Positions 12,177 to 22,633 of a stretch of DNA of 64,000 nucleotides are shown piece after piece. How positions within the stretch are numbered: the stretch's first letter is position 1; every line of letters begins with the position of its first letter. The notes below the pieces were generated by a model, which searched no databases, had not been told where the DNA came from, and was given only the letters and a program-made list of their open reading frames with translations. The DNA comes from Anthoceros angustus (lineage: Eukaryota > Plantae > Anthocerotophyta), in NCBI GenBank assembly GCA_010909165.1, contig MU008168.1, positions 992,001-1,056,000 on the forward strand, written 5' to 3'. Both the position numbers and the translations under genes were made by a program.

Positions 12177-14903
12177 ATGAGCGACTGTTTCACGACCGGA
12201 GTGGTAGGGCTAGGAGGAGCGGGAGCTCGAGCTGGAGCTCGTGTCCTTGCCGCTGTTGCTGCTCCTCCTGCGGCCAGTGTGAGCCTCGAACAGCATTGGG
12301 AGCAGCATCAGCAACATTGGAAGCAGCAGCAGCAACATTGGAAGCAGCAGCAGCAACATTGGAAGCAGCAGCAACAACAGCAGCATTTGGTGGTAGAAAG
12401 TTGCCTGGCCAAAGGGCAGCTGACCGAAGCTGTGCACGCATTTGAGCTCTTGGTGCTGCAGGAGCGGCAGGAGCGGCAGGAGGAGGAAGTGGAGGAGGTC
12501 GAGGGAGGCCGACCCCTCATCCATGGACTCGTGCAGTGTTGCAGTGCGCAGCGGAATGTGCTTGCAGCCAGGCGGCTCCATGCCCTGGCAGTCTGGAGCG
12601 GATGCCACGATGCATTCGTGGCCAACCACATCATGGCCGTGTACGCAGGGGCAGGCAGAGTGCAGGAGGCAGCTCTGGCCTTCGAGGACGTGGATGAGCC
12701 CGACGTGCACATGTGGGCTACCGTCATCTCAGCGCACGCTCGGCACGGCCAGCCCAGCCGGGCCTTGGAGCTCTACAGCCGGATGCGACGGGACTTTCCG
12801 GCTGTGAAGCCCGACAACCATGTGTTCGTGGCTGCTCTCAAGGCGTGCGGTGCGGCAAGGGATCTGGCCGCCGCCCACCAGCTGCATGCCCACCTCCCCC
12901 GGGAAGGGCATCTGGACGTGTTTGTGGCCAACTGCCTGCTGGACGTGTACGCCAAGTGCGGGAGCGTGGAGGATGCGAGGAAGGTGTTCGACGCCGTGCC
13001 AGTGGATGTCAGGGATGTGGTCACCTGGACGTCCATGATGGCAGGGTACGCGCAGCAGGGCATGGGGCAGGAGGCGCTGCGTCTGTATGCCGTCATGCAG
13101 CAGCACCGCGAAATCGTGCAGCCCAATCTGGTGACCTTCGTCTGCCTGCTTCAAGCGTGTGCTGGCGTCGGGGATTTGCGGCAGGCCAAGCTCCTTCATG
13201 GCCACATTATCCAGGAGCTGGAGCGGGAGCAGCACCTGCAGCAGGAAGAGGAGGAAGCAGCAGGTAGGGGCTTGAGACTGGGGAACTGCCTGGTTGACTG
13301 CTACGCCAAGTGCGGGAGCTTGGGAGATGCGCGCAGGGTGTTCGACGCCCTGCCCACCAGGGATGTGGTGACATGGACGGCCATGATCGCAGGATATGCG
13401 CGGCAGGGGCATGGCGAGGAGGCCCTCTGGCTCTACGCCCGCCTGCAGCGGCAGGGGATGGCTCCGGCAGCGGACCACGTCACTTTTGTGTGCCTCCTGC
13501 AAGCCTGCGCCAGCGTGGGACCCCGGGCGCTGCAGCAGGGCTTGCAGCTGCATGAAGACATTCGGGATCGGGGCCTCCTGCACTCCCATGCGCAGCTGGG
13601 GAACTGCCTGGTGGACATGTATTCCAAGTGCGGGAGCTTGGAGCGGGCTCGCAGCTTGTTCCACGCCCTGCCCACTAGGGATGTGTGCTCCTGGACTGCC
13701 CTCATCGCAGGCTATGCGCAGCAGGGATTGGGGCGGGAGGCTCTGTGTCTGTACGCAAGCATGCAGGAGGAGGGCGTCACCCTAGCCAACCACGTGACGT
13801 TTGTGTGCCTCCTGCAGGCGTGTGCAGGTGTGGGGGCGCTGCACCAGGGCAGGCTGCTCCATGTGGACATTCTTCAGAAGGCGGGGCTGCTGGAAGGTCA
13901 CGTGGAGGTGGGCAACAGCCTGGTGGACATGTATGCCAAGTGTGGGAGGTTGGAGGATGCTCACCGCCTCTTCCAAGCCTTGCCCACAAGAAATGTGGTC
14001 ACGTGGAATGCTTTGCTCAACGGCCTGGCTGAACACTGTGATGCTGGCAGGGCAGTCAGCTGCTTCCAGAGCATGCTTCACCAAGGGTTCGAGCCCAACG
14101 AGAACACCTTCACCTGCCTGCTTGTGGCGTGCAGTCGGGCAGGCCTGGTGGACGAGGGCCAGTTCTACTTTCGGAAGATGGTGGAGGGGCATGGCATTGT
14201 GCCCAAGGACCATCACTACAACTGCATGGCTGATCTTCTCGGCCGCTCTGGGCGACTGGACGAGGCACAACTCCTGCTGGCCACAGCCCCGCTTCGGGAT
14301 TACGTGGTGGGCTGGACGTGTTTGCTCACTGCCTGCAGAAGCCATGGGGATACGGAGCGTGGGAGGCGATGCTTCCACCATCTTGTAGGATTGGAACCTG
14401 AGAATGCAACTGCCTACGTTCTTTTGGCCAACATCTATGCAGATGCGGGACAGTGGGAGGAGGTAGATAGGATAGAGAGCATGAGGAAGTGTGCTGGTGC
14501 TTCGAAGAAGCCTGCCGTGGCACGCATTGAAGTGAAGACGGAGGTGCATGAGTTTAGAGTCGGGGAAGAGAGGTGTGATACCCCTAGCCTCAAGAGAGTG
14601 AACATGAGATGGAAGGAGGATGGAGGCCATGTGCCGCACACGCACCTGGTGCTCAAGGCAGCGGCGTCTGAGCAAGACAAGGAGGATGCCTTGTGCGGGC
14701 ATGCGGAGAAGTTGGCTCTCGCTTATGGTTTGCTCAACACTCCCAGTGGAACCAGTCTGCTAGTCACCAAAAATCTTCGCATGTGCTGTGACTGCCACAG
14801 TAGCACAAAGGTCATGTCCCATGTCGAGAAGCGGGATATTACAGTGAGAGATTTGCACAGAATACACCGTTTCGCAAATGGCTCTTGTTCATGTGGCCAT
14901 TGA
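12177..14903 (+). CDS. PLS-PPR protein with DYW:KP domain, terminal tripeptide truncated (CSCGH*), 908 aa
   Basis: PLS array, KKPAVARIEV, GGHVP, HAEKLALAYG, CCDCH, ends SCSCGH*. Confidence 0.92.
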   Translation: MSDCFTTGVVGLGGAGARAGARVLAAVAAPPAASVSLEQHWEQHQQHWKQQQQHWKQQQQHWKQQQQQQHLVVESCLAKGQLTEAVHAFELLVLQERQERQEEEVEEVEGGRPLIHGLVQCCSAQRNVLAARRLHALAVWSGCHDAFVANHIMAVYAGAGRVQEAALAFEDVDEPDVHMWATVISAHARHGQPSRALELYSRMRRDFPAVKPDNHVFVAALKACGAARDLAAAHQLHAHLPREGHLDVFVANCLLDVYAKCGSVEDARKVFDAVPVDVRDVVTWTSMMAGYAQQGMGQEALRLYAVMQQHREIVQPNLVTFVCLLQACAGVGDLRQAKLLHGHIIQELEREQHLQQEEEEAAGRGLRLGNCLVDCYAKCGSLGDARRVFDALPTRDVVTWTAMIAGYARQGHGEEALWLYARLQRQGMAPAADHVTFVCLLQACASVGPRALQQGLQLHEDIRDRGLLHSHAQLGNCLVDMYSKCGSLERARSLFHALPTRDVCSWTALIAGYAQQGLGREALCLYASMQEEGVTLANHVTFVCLLQACAGVGALHQGRLLHVDILQKAGLLEGHVEVGNSLVDMYAKCGRLEDAHRLFQALPTRNVVTWNALLNGLAEHCDAGRAVSCFQSMLHQGFEPNENTFTCLLVACSRAGLVDEGQFYFRKMVEGHGIVPKDHHYNCMADLLGRSGRLDEAQLLLATAPLRDYVVGWTCLLTACRSHGDTERGRRCFHHLVGLEPENATAYVLLANIYADAGQWEEVDRIESMRKCAGASKKPAVARIEVKTEVHEFRVGEERCDTPSLKRVNMRWKEDGGHVPHTHLVLKAAASEQDKEDALCGHAEKLALAYGLLNTPSGTSLLVTKNLRMCCDCHSSTKVMSHVEKRDITVRDLHRIHRFANGSCSCGH
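12291..12374 (+). repeat. 21-bp coding tandem repeat x4 (QHWKQQQ)
   Basis: Units of the form caacattggaagcagcagcag at 12291, 12312, 12333 and 12354. Confidence 0.9.
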
Positions 14904-14974
14904 CGTCGCCCATGTGACACCTGGTCCGACACCTTGCAAATTCGTGGTCTGTCCGTGGTTGCCGACAAATTTCA

Positions 14975-15120
14975 CGATCTCTTTCAACAAGCCGTCGGAC
15001 AGAAGAATTCTCTGGTCCCCAACTCATGTAAAAACTGGTACCTGTCTGCATGTCGGCAACCTTTTCAACAAGTTGTCGGACAGAAAAGATCTGTGGCCCC
15101 CAACTTATGCACAAACTCGT
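14975..15120. repeat. Imperfect ~81-bp direct duplication 3' of the PPR gene
   Basis: tttcaacaag..gtcggacagaa.....ct.tgg.ccccaact.atg at 14982 and 15063. Confidence 0.7.
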
Positions 15121-15269
15121 GCCAGGCCATCACGGTATGAAGTGTAAACGTGTGCGCTACATGCAAAGCAGATGGGGATGCATTCCTCGTGATGCAGAGC
15201 TTGCGAATCGATACCCGACATGGCACAGGCCTCGAGGATTGCCACGATCGAGTGGCATCCGCGAGCAGA

Positions 15270-16219
15270 TGGCACAGGCCTCCTTGCCGGAATCCAGATC
15301 CTTGGCCGTGGCACAGGCCTTGAGGTCTGCCACAATCAAGTGGTTGTGTACAGCTGGAAAGCCTGTGCTGGCTGGCCATGCCGAGCAAGTGCCGAGATGA
15401 TGGTGGCCCACATATGAGCGTCCGGAGCGGTGACGTTGGAGAACGCCTGCACAGCGTCCTCCAACTTGCCACGAGACGCATACATGCAATGGCGTGGTTG
15501 GCCAAGAATGCGTCTGATGCGTGCCCGCGTCTGATATCCAGTGCATGGAGTCGCTCCCCCAGACGCAGATCCTTGCACTAAATGCAGTCCTTGAGCAGGC
15601 GGTTAAAGAGAGACGGGGGAACGTGCGAGGTTCTGCGAGGGACCAAGACATGCAATGCTTGCACAGCCTCCCTGAGCTCCGCTCCCTCCGCTGCCCCTGC
15701 ACCTGGCTCCTCCGGCAGCTGCCATTCCCTGCAGCTCGGCGTGCGTAGCCGTAATGCCTGCTTGGATGTCTTGTGCTTCAAGTCGGGATGGTTCACACTC
15801 AGCTTGAAGGCCCTCTGGTCCAACCAGAGCAACCGATCCGAGAGGCAGTCATGCCACAAGAGCTCCTGCTGCGGCTCCTTGCCACCGATGCTGCTGCTGC
15901 TGCTGCTGCTGCTCAGGCTCCTTGTTCCTTTCTTTCCTGCTCCCTCGGCTGCGGCTGCGGCTGCCGCTGCCGCTGCCGCTGCCGCTGCCGGGATGCGAGA
16001 ACGCACAGGGCCTTGGCTGCTGCATCCACCACGTTTGCTGCTGTGGAGCTCCCGCAATGCCATCACCTGGACGCGGGAGTACCACCTCCATCTCCTGGTC
16101 TCCTCCCTACACAAGGTCAGGAATTCAACAACCCTATTACTCCTAGTCCTTTGTCCGAGTCCCCTTTTCTTGGAGCGTTTGATTCCGCCATTGCCACTTT
16201 CTCTCGACCTTGGCTGCAC
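15270..16219 (-). pseudogene. Truncated inverted copy of the 5' part of the PDF-PPR-DYW:KP gene at 22634
   Basis: ORF 15578-16219(-) reads ...LLWHDCLSDRLLWLDQRAFKLSVNHPDLKHKTSKQALRL...ELREAVQALHVLVPRRTSHVPPSLFNRLLKDCI, near-identical to 22634+. It is followed by frameshifts and a scrambled end. Confidence 0.9.
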
Positions 16220-16500
16220 ATTTTAGCGGCTAAGGAAGGAATTTGACTCAGCCATTGTTGCTTTCTCTCGGCCTTCGCTGCACATTTTAGTGGCCAACGA
16301 AGGAATTTGATTCAGCCATTGTTGCTTTCTCTCGACCTTCGCTGCACATTCTAGCGGCCAACGATGGAATTTGACTCAGCCGTTGCTACTTTCTCTAGAC
16401 CATTATTACTGCACATTTTAGCGGCCAAGGCAGGAAGGAGGCACATTTAAACAGCCAAGGAGGGAAAGAAGCACTTTCTGGCGGCCAAGGAAGGAAAGAA
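16177..16500. repeat. 64-bp minisatellite x4 plus ~30-bp subrepeats
   Basis: Unit tttgactcagccattgttgctttctctcg.ccttcgctgcacattttag.ggccaacgaaggaa recurs at about 16177, 16241, 16305 and 16369 (period 64). Confidence 0.9.
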
Positions 16501-16586
16501 GCAAAATATGGTCACCTCACGACAGGAAGGGCGTGACCGAAACTAACGGATTGTGACGGGAACGAACGGATGGCCTCGTTGTTACG

Positions 16587-18746
16587 TCAATAGTAGCACA
16601 TGTGAGTCAGCAGGGTCCAAAGGTGCGTAATGCATTCACCACCTATGGCAAGCTGTTCCATATGCTCTTGAGGCTTGTTAGCCACAGCAATTGAGATGGC
16701 AAAATCACACCAGACATCGGCTAACAGCTTCCATCGCCCTTCTCCAGCAGCTATCAAAAGACGGGCAAGGTTTTTTCCAACTCCTAAAACTCCATCATTC
16801 CTGCCGGACATATTATCAAGTTCTGCCCCATGGCGATTGTAATCTACTACAGTGTCCCGGTACACCTTTCTGCCGATGTCAGGATGGCATGGCAGCAGCT
16901 CTGTCTTTGTCACCAGCAGATACAGGAGATACCTGGACAGGTATGCAGCCAGTTCCTTGTAACTCAAATCAGGCACAGGTTCTTGTGAGGATGCCACCTC
17001 CCCCGACACAGTTGTTGCATTGCTAACTTCCTTTTCGCAAATGCAAGTGGCGATGTGCCAATGCATAAGGGCATGCTCTAGGTCAGTGTTACTGGCAAAC
17101 CGGAAAGCACTGTTCTCTTGGAGATCCAGCAGACTGCTCATGACTCGTGCCCTCAAACTCACCAGCTCTGGTGACCATTCCTTGCACCTGTCCAGCACCC
17201 TCTCTGTTAGCCTGTTCATCACCTTGTCGGAGGTCGCCCTAGAGAGGGAGCCAACATGCGGTTGCATCGCCATAACTTTCTCAAGCAGCTTCCCGCACAT
17301 GCCATTCGTCGGGATTGAACTTGCCACCAGTCTGTGGAACAAACTTCGGTCGTGCTTGTGCACTGGGATCATGGCAATCTGATCGAGGGAACCCCTCCAG
17401 TACGCTAATCTGAGGCTACCTATCCAGGTCCGAAGAGCCAGGAGAGGATGGAGCTGGCAGGCTCGATGCCCTGGCCGATGCGCGCGCACATGGGAACAGG
17501 CCAGCATAACCAGAGTCCAATCCGACAGCAGTATCCTGACGAGCTGATACACTTCGATGCCCAACCCTACCAGCAACAGCGTCACGGTGATCCACTTGGA
17601 CGCCTCCAACTTGGGAGAGGAGCCATGAATTTGCACAAGAGTGAGAAGGAAGAGGACAGCCATGATGAGCAGGCCGACGTTGAGCAGACGCAGGCACAAT
17701 CCGAGGCGGGAGAAGGCAGTCCCAGCTGCCTTGGTGTAGATGCTGTCGAACAGGAAACGGAGCTCGAAGTCCAAGACCTTCCTGACCCTGGCAGGATCCT
17801 TGAGATACTGTGTGAAGAGATTCCTGGTCCCTGCCAACCCTCGCTCGTACATGTACAAGCCGGTGAGCCTCCTCCTCAGCATCTTGAACAGCGCGTGCCC
17901 TAAGCACAAGTCCCGGAGGTAGTCCCTGGCCGGCAAGGACTCGCACTCCTCCACCTCATAATACCTCACCGTGGCCTTGCTGCTGTCTATGCTCTCGTGC
18001 ACCCCGAACGTCCCTGTTTCCGACGACGCATCCAGCATGCTTTGGTACCACTCCGCCTCTCCCACCACGATGTAATGCACCCGCCCGTCATCCTGGAGGA
18101 TTCGCATGAGTTCCATGAACTTGTAGATGGGCTGGACGACCTTCACCACGGACGTCCTGCTGGCATAGAAGAGAGCCATGGTGCGTTCCGCGTACTTGTT
18201 GGAGCCGGCAGCCAGCAGGCAGAGGGCGACGATGAGGAAGGGCCCGCGCCCGGTTTGGGAGATGAGATAGACCACCAGGCCCAGCTGGATGAGCATGGTG
18301 AGGCCATGGCGGGGCCAGAACTCGGCATCCGTGATGGAGTAGGCGGTGATGTTGTCCGGCGCCCCGAGGTGCAGCAGCAGAATGGGTCCCCACAGCGAGT
18401 ACACCACGGTGCTCCCGTGCCCGCCCAAGACGTTGGGGAGCATGAGGCCCAGGCAGTAGAGAGCTGCGGCGTCGGAAGAATTGTAGGCCAGCCAGGCCAC
18501 GAGGCGCAGGCCACTGCTCCACTTCCTGCTGCCTCCCGTGGCCAGCAGCAGCAGCTGCAGGCACATGCTGGTTAGCATGAGCGCCGGGATCTGCAGGTCC
18601 TCCAGCCCGGTCACGAACCTCCGTGCATTCTCGGATAGCCCCTGTGCTGGCTTCACCAGACCTGCTGTGAGCAGGAGAAGCAGCAGCGCCAGCAATCCAT
18701 GCCTACAGGGCCCAGGTCCAGCCATGGGAACGAACTTGTGTAGCAT
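16587..18746 (-). CDS. DUF4220 + DUF594 domain membrane protein, 719 aa, intronless
   Basis: DUF4220-type LWGPILLLHLGAPDNITAYSITDAEFWPRH and KYAERTMAL; several TM segments; DUF594-type C-terminus WKLLADVW...HMEQLAIGGECITHLWTLLTH. Confidence 0.85.
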   Translation of the reverse strand: MLHKFVPMAGPGPCRHGLLALLLLLLTAGLVKPAQGLSENARRFVTGLEDLQIPALMLTSMCLQLLLLATGGSRKWSSGLRLVAWLAYNSSDAAALYCLGLMLPNVLGGHGSTVVYSLWGPILLLHLGAPDNITAYSITDAEFWPRHGLTMLIQLGLVVYLISQTGRGPFLIVALCLLAAGSNKYAERTMALFYASRTSVVKVVQPIYKFMELMRILQDDGRVHYIVVGEAEWYQSMLDASSETGTFGVHESIDSSKATVRYYEVEECESLPARDYLRDLCLGHALFKMLRRRLTGLYMYERGLAGTRNLFTQYLKDPARVRKVLDFELRFLFDSIYTKAAGTAFSRLGLCLRLLNVGLLIMAVLFLLTLVQIHGSSPKLEASKWITVTLLLVGLGIEVYQLVRILLSDWTLVMLACSHVRAHRPGHRACQLHPLLALRTWIGSLRLAYWRGSLDQIAMIPVHKHDRSLFHRLVASSIPTNGMCGKLLEKVMAMQPHVGSLSRATSDKVMNRLTERVLDRCKEWSPELVSLRARVMSSLLDLQENSAFRFASNTDLEHALMHWHIATCICEKEVSNATTVSGEVASSQEPVPDLSYKELAAYLSRYLLYLLVTKTELLPCHPDIGRKVYRDTVVDYNRHGAELDNMSGRNDGVLGVGKNLARLLIAAGEGRWKLLADVWCDFAISIAVANKPQEHMEQLAIGGECITHLWTLLTHMCYY

Positions 18747-21078
18747 TCGAGGGAAATGCGGGCTCGCACCAACATTTCACTTGTGGGAAATGCGCATGCA
18801 CCTTGAATGGGTCAACGGCGCACCAGGCTGCAGATTCAGCTGCAGCTGCAGCCGCAGGCGCAGCGAGCGCTCAATCTGTGGTGGGAGCAGAAATGCAACA
18901 TCATGGTTGTGCAGGCGCGTCTGGATTAGACCAATGGCGCACCAGGCTCACAGACGTGCACGCCACGGCGTGACAAGATCTGACTTGCAATGGGACCGGG
19001 TGTGGAGGAATCTGCATTGGGCCTCGGTTGGGACGGGGAGCGGGGAGGGAAAAAGGGGGGATTGGCAGCTTCAGGGCGGGTGATCCAGTGGCTCCGGAAA
19101 ACGTAGCCGCTACGGGGCGGGAGACCGCGTGCACCAGCAGCTTCCCAATGGCCGCCGCTTGCAAATCGGTATGCGATTGCCACTCAAGCTGGCTCGTACG
19201 ATCGAGAGAATGGCAATCAATCAATCCCTTGGGACACCGGGATGATGGACGGAGAACCATGAAGTACAGAACTTCCGCACAACTTGTCTCTTGGCTCGCC
19301 CGCGTCCTCAAGCCCACGACGTGCACATTCGAATTTGCGGTGACCACATGGTGTCCTAGGGCCCGCCTTCCTTTTATTTTATTTTAAATAAAATATATTT
19401 TATAACGAATAATCTCGTGCAAAGACCTCACACACGAGCGAGGCCAGCACACCCAATAACAGAACAGATAAAGGACGAAGACCAACGCACCCAATAACAT
19501 ATAAAAGAGCGGGTTCGGAAAAGGTAAGACAGGGACCGAGCCTGTTTGGATTTGGATGATAAAATCGATGGTAGAGGGCGTGATCCTTTCCCTGCCACAG
19601 AAGTAGTCGTGGCGAAGAAGCCCATCACGCTTGAACTTCTCTTTCCTCACAAAAGATGGTGAACCCACCAGGCCAAGGGGTCATAGGATTTTGCTTTGAC
19701 GCGCTTTAAGGAATCCGTAACGGAGAGCCCTATGACAGGAAACTGTCACTGATGGTTCGGAGGGCGGGTAAATCCCCGACTCCTACTTTTGAAGATGGTA
19801 TGGTATTGTCAGATTCAAATGTAGGTATACCCGCAACCGCAATGACCATGCGAAACATGGAGCATGTTTTAGCACTGACGGCAGTGTTCACCATCGTCCT
19901 GGGCATTTTTGCAGAATCCTATTTCCACGATGCTTCCCTTGATGACGAGGAGAGGAGAGGAGAGGAGACTATGGATGCTAAGGCTTTCCTTGATGACAAG
20001 GTTTGAAGCTGTTCAAGTTTTGCTTTGTCTTGCATTCATGATTTCATTGTCTCGCAATGAATGGGGCGGGGCGGTATCCCTACATGACTGTATATATCTT
20101 GGAAAAATAATATATTTTGTAAAATGAAATAGGGATTTATTTTAACCTAAGCGTTACCGTGGGAGGCCGTCTTACCCCCATGAATCCGGTAGGTATCGTT
20201 GCATGTCGTGCGGGCTGTCACAAAGGTGGATTGGAACGTAAACTGAAATGAAGGGGCACGTAAGTAGTGCGGGGTAAGTTTCTGGAATAGGAAAGTGTTT
20301 ACCAGCGGCCTCGGAATCCGGCACAAGCGTGGGACCGTGTATGAAGAATGCGGGAGATGTATGGCGAATGTGGGAGCCCGAAGGATGCTCGCGGAGAGCG
20401 GAGAGCGGAGAGCTGAACTCGGAAGGGGCATGCATATGGCAGGGTCTCCGACCAGCAGGCACACAACTGACCACCTTCTCTCTTTTCGACCATGTAAAAG
20501 TCTCCCACTCGTCGGCTCAGTGCAGTGGAAGACACTTCGGCAAGCTTGCCAACCTCCTGTTCACTCTCACTTCACCAAATTCAAGCAACACTCAGTATTT
20601 TCTCATGGACCAGCGATACCGATAGCTAGCTGCTGCAGGTACTTGTGACAGTTGATATCACTCCAAGGTCCGAGCTAGGCGGTGTTTTGAAAGTCTGGGT
20701 AGTCTGGAGCCTCCCTGTGCATCCGCTTTATGTGCTCATCGTCATGTACGTACGTATCACGTGTATGCGATGACCGCGGCCTCCCCTTGCCATTTCTATC
20801 TTTCGGCCTCTACCATCAACGGCTGCTGAATTTCGCAAGTGCGTTTTTTCGTCCCTTCTAAATGATGGACATCCACATCGCGGATCCTGCTCACACTTTT
20901 TGCACCTGCCTTATCGACTCATACACACCTAGTACAGTGTTCTGGCGTTTCACAGATCATCCCCGCAAGGCAAACATCAAATCAGGTCCATTCCTTCCAA
21001 CAATATAGGTGCTTGGCAAGATGTAGTCACGCACATTACTTAGGCATGCTGCTACTGTCCGAGGGGGCTGCCAGCACG

Positions 21079-22258
21079 ATGGCCACTGTATGGCAACCGG
21101 AATCGTTGTGGACCCAGCAAATTCGGGGGTGTACAGGCTAGGGCTTTCTAGGAGCAGCTCCGGCTGATCTCAACTTGGGAAGCCAAGGTCTGGCAAACAA
21201 CCATGTCTCCAGGTGCAGCAGTATAAGGAACTCAGCACTTCGCAGAGAATGGATGGCTGGGAAATGATTTCCAGCAATGGTTGTTTGCCAGACCTTGGCT
21301 TCCCAAGATGAGCTCTTCACAGACAAACCTGCGCCTGCAGGCAGGCGTGCAGGATCGGCAAGGGGCGTCGCAACAGCTGTTGCCGTGTGCACATTTTGTG
21401 AGCAGGGGAAGCTTACTGAGGTCGTTGGAGCCCTGGAATCTCTAGCGCAGAGGGACTGTCCTATTTCTCGCTCTCTCTTTTTTTCTGTGCTCAAACTGTG
21501 TGCAGAGGAGAAGGATCTGGGTTTGGGACGGCGAATTCATGATCTCACTGTCGAACTTGGGTACGAGTCAATTACGTACTTGGGGAACGATAACTTGCGG
21601 ATGTATGCTCGTGAAGGTAGGCCACAGGAGGCCATTGATGTGTTCACCAGGGTGCGCAAGCCACATGCTTATGTGTGGTTTTCCATAATCTCTACACATG
21701 CAAACCATGGGAAACTTAATGAGGCTATACAACTGTACCATGAGAAGCTTAGTGCAGGTGTGAAGGCCGATGCTCACTCTCTGTTGCAGCCCTTCAAGCT
21801 TGTGCATTGGCTGCGGACTTGGAATGTGGCTGACAAGAGCACTGTGATGTATTGCACAGGGGCATTGTTCCTAACTTGTTTGTTGGCAACTGCCTAGTGG
21901 ACATGGATGCAAAATGTGGGGAACTGGAAGATGCACGCAGGGTTTCTGACAGCTTGCCAACAAAAGATGTGGTGACATGGAATGCCCTGATAGCTGGGTA
22001 TGCAAATCATGGGCTCGGCCAAGAGGCGCTGGCTGTGTGTGGACTAATGGAGCAGGAGGGCCTGATAGCGGGAAGCTATGCTACTTTTGCTTGCCTTCTG
22101 AAGGCCTGTGCAAGCTGTGGCGCCATACACAAGAGCAGGGAGCTGCACACGCAGCCCTGATAGCTGGGTATGCAAATCATGAGCATGGCCAAGAGGCGCT
22201 TATTCTGTATGAGGAAGTGGAACAGGAGGGCCTGATTGTGGCTGACCATGTTCCGTAA
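21079..22258 (+). pseudogene. Degenerate PLS-PPR fragment (paralog of 31035-31816) lacking the PDF segment
   Basis: Starts MATVWQPESLWTQQ. Contains CEQGKLTEVV...DLGLGRRIHDL...YLGNDNLRMY, then a frameshift. An internal deletion is marked by identical 28-mers gccctgatagctgggtatgcaaatcatg at 21984 and 22154. Truncated at about 22258. Confidence 0.85.
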
Positions 22259-22260
22259 GT

Positions 22261-22436
22261 GTTTTAGGAGTTGGAGTAGACCTTGCCCCTCTGTCGGCCG
22301 ATGTCTGGTGTGACTTTGAGCCGAGGCCTCAAGAGCGTGTGGAACAGCTTGCCATGGTTGGTGAATTCATCACGCACCTCTTTGGGCCCTGCTGTCTCGC
22401 ATGGGCTTTAGGAGTTAGGGTTTAGGGTTAATTGAC
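22261..22436 (+). pseudogene. Remnant of the DUF594 3' end (inverted copy of 16587-16790)
   Basis: gttttaggagttgga..accttgccc, gccgatgtctggtgtga.tttg, gcctcaagagc..tggaacagcttgccat and ggtgaa..cat.acgcacct match the reverse complement of the end of the 16587-18746 gene, with internal deletions. Confidence 0.85.
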
Positions 22437-22633
22437 GTAACAACAAACCCATCCGTTAGTTTCCGTTACTATCCGTTAGTTTCCCTTAGGCCCTTCCAGT
22501 CGTAGACGATGTACGCGTATTTTGCTTCTTTCCATCCTCGGCCTCTTGAAGCAGCGATGGCTGAATCAAAGGCTCCAGGAGATGGATACCAGGACGAAGG
22601 ACTAGGCCTGATCGGGTTGTTGTACTCCTCACC

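Noticed and set aside
14901-14903. Idea that the TGA could be repaired by U-to-C editing to CGA
   Set aside because: U-to-C editing is known for organellar transcripts, and this is a nuclear gene, so there is no basis for self-repair.
16580-16595. Idea that the inverted duplication's junction supplies the DUF594 stop codon
   Set aside because: Homology continues through the DUF594 3' end to 16790/22261, so the stop lies inside the duplicated block rather than at its edge.
19384-20650. Small ORFs with hydrophobic stretches upstream of the DUF4220 gene
   Set aside because: No family signature or splice-consistent model; likely intergenic or old repeat DNA.
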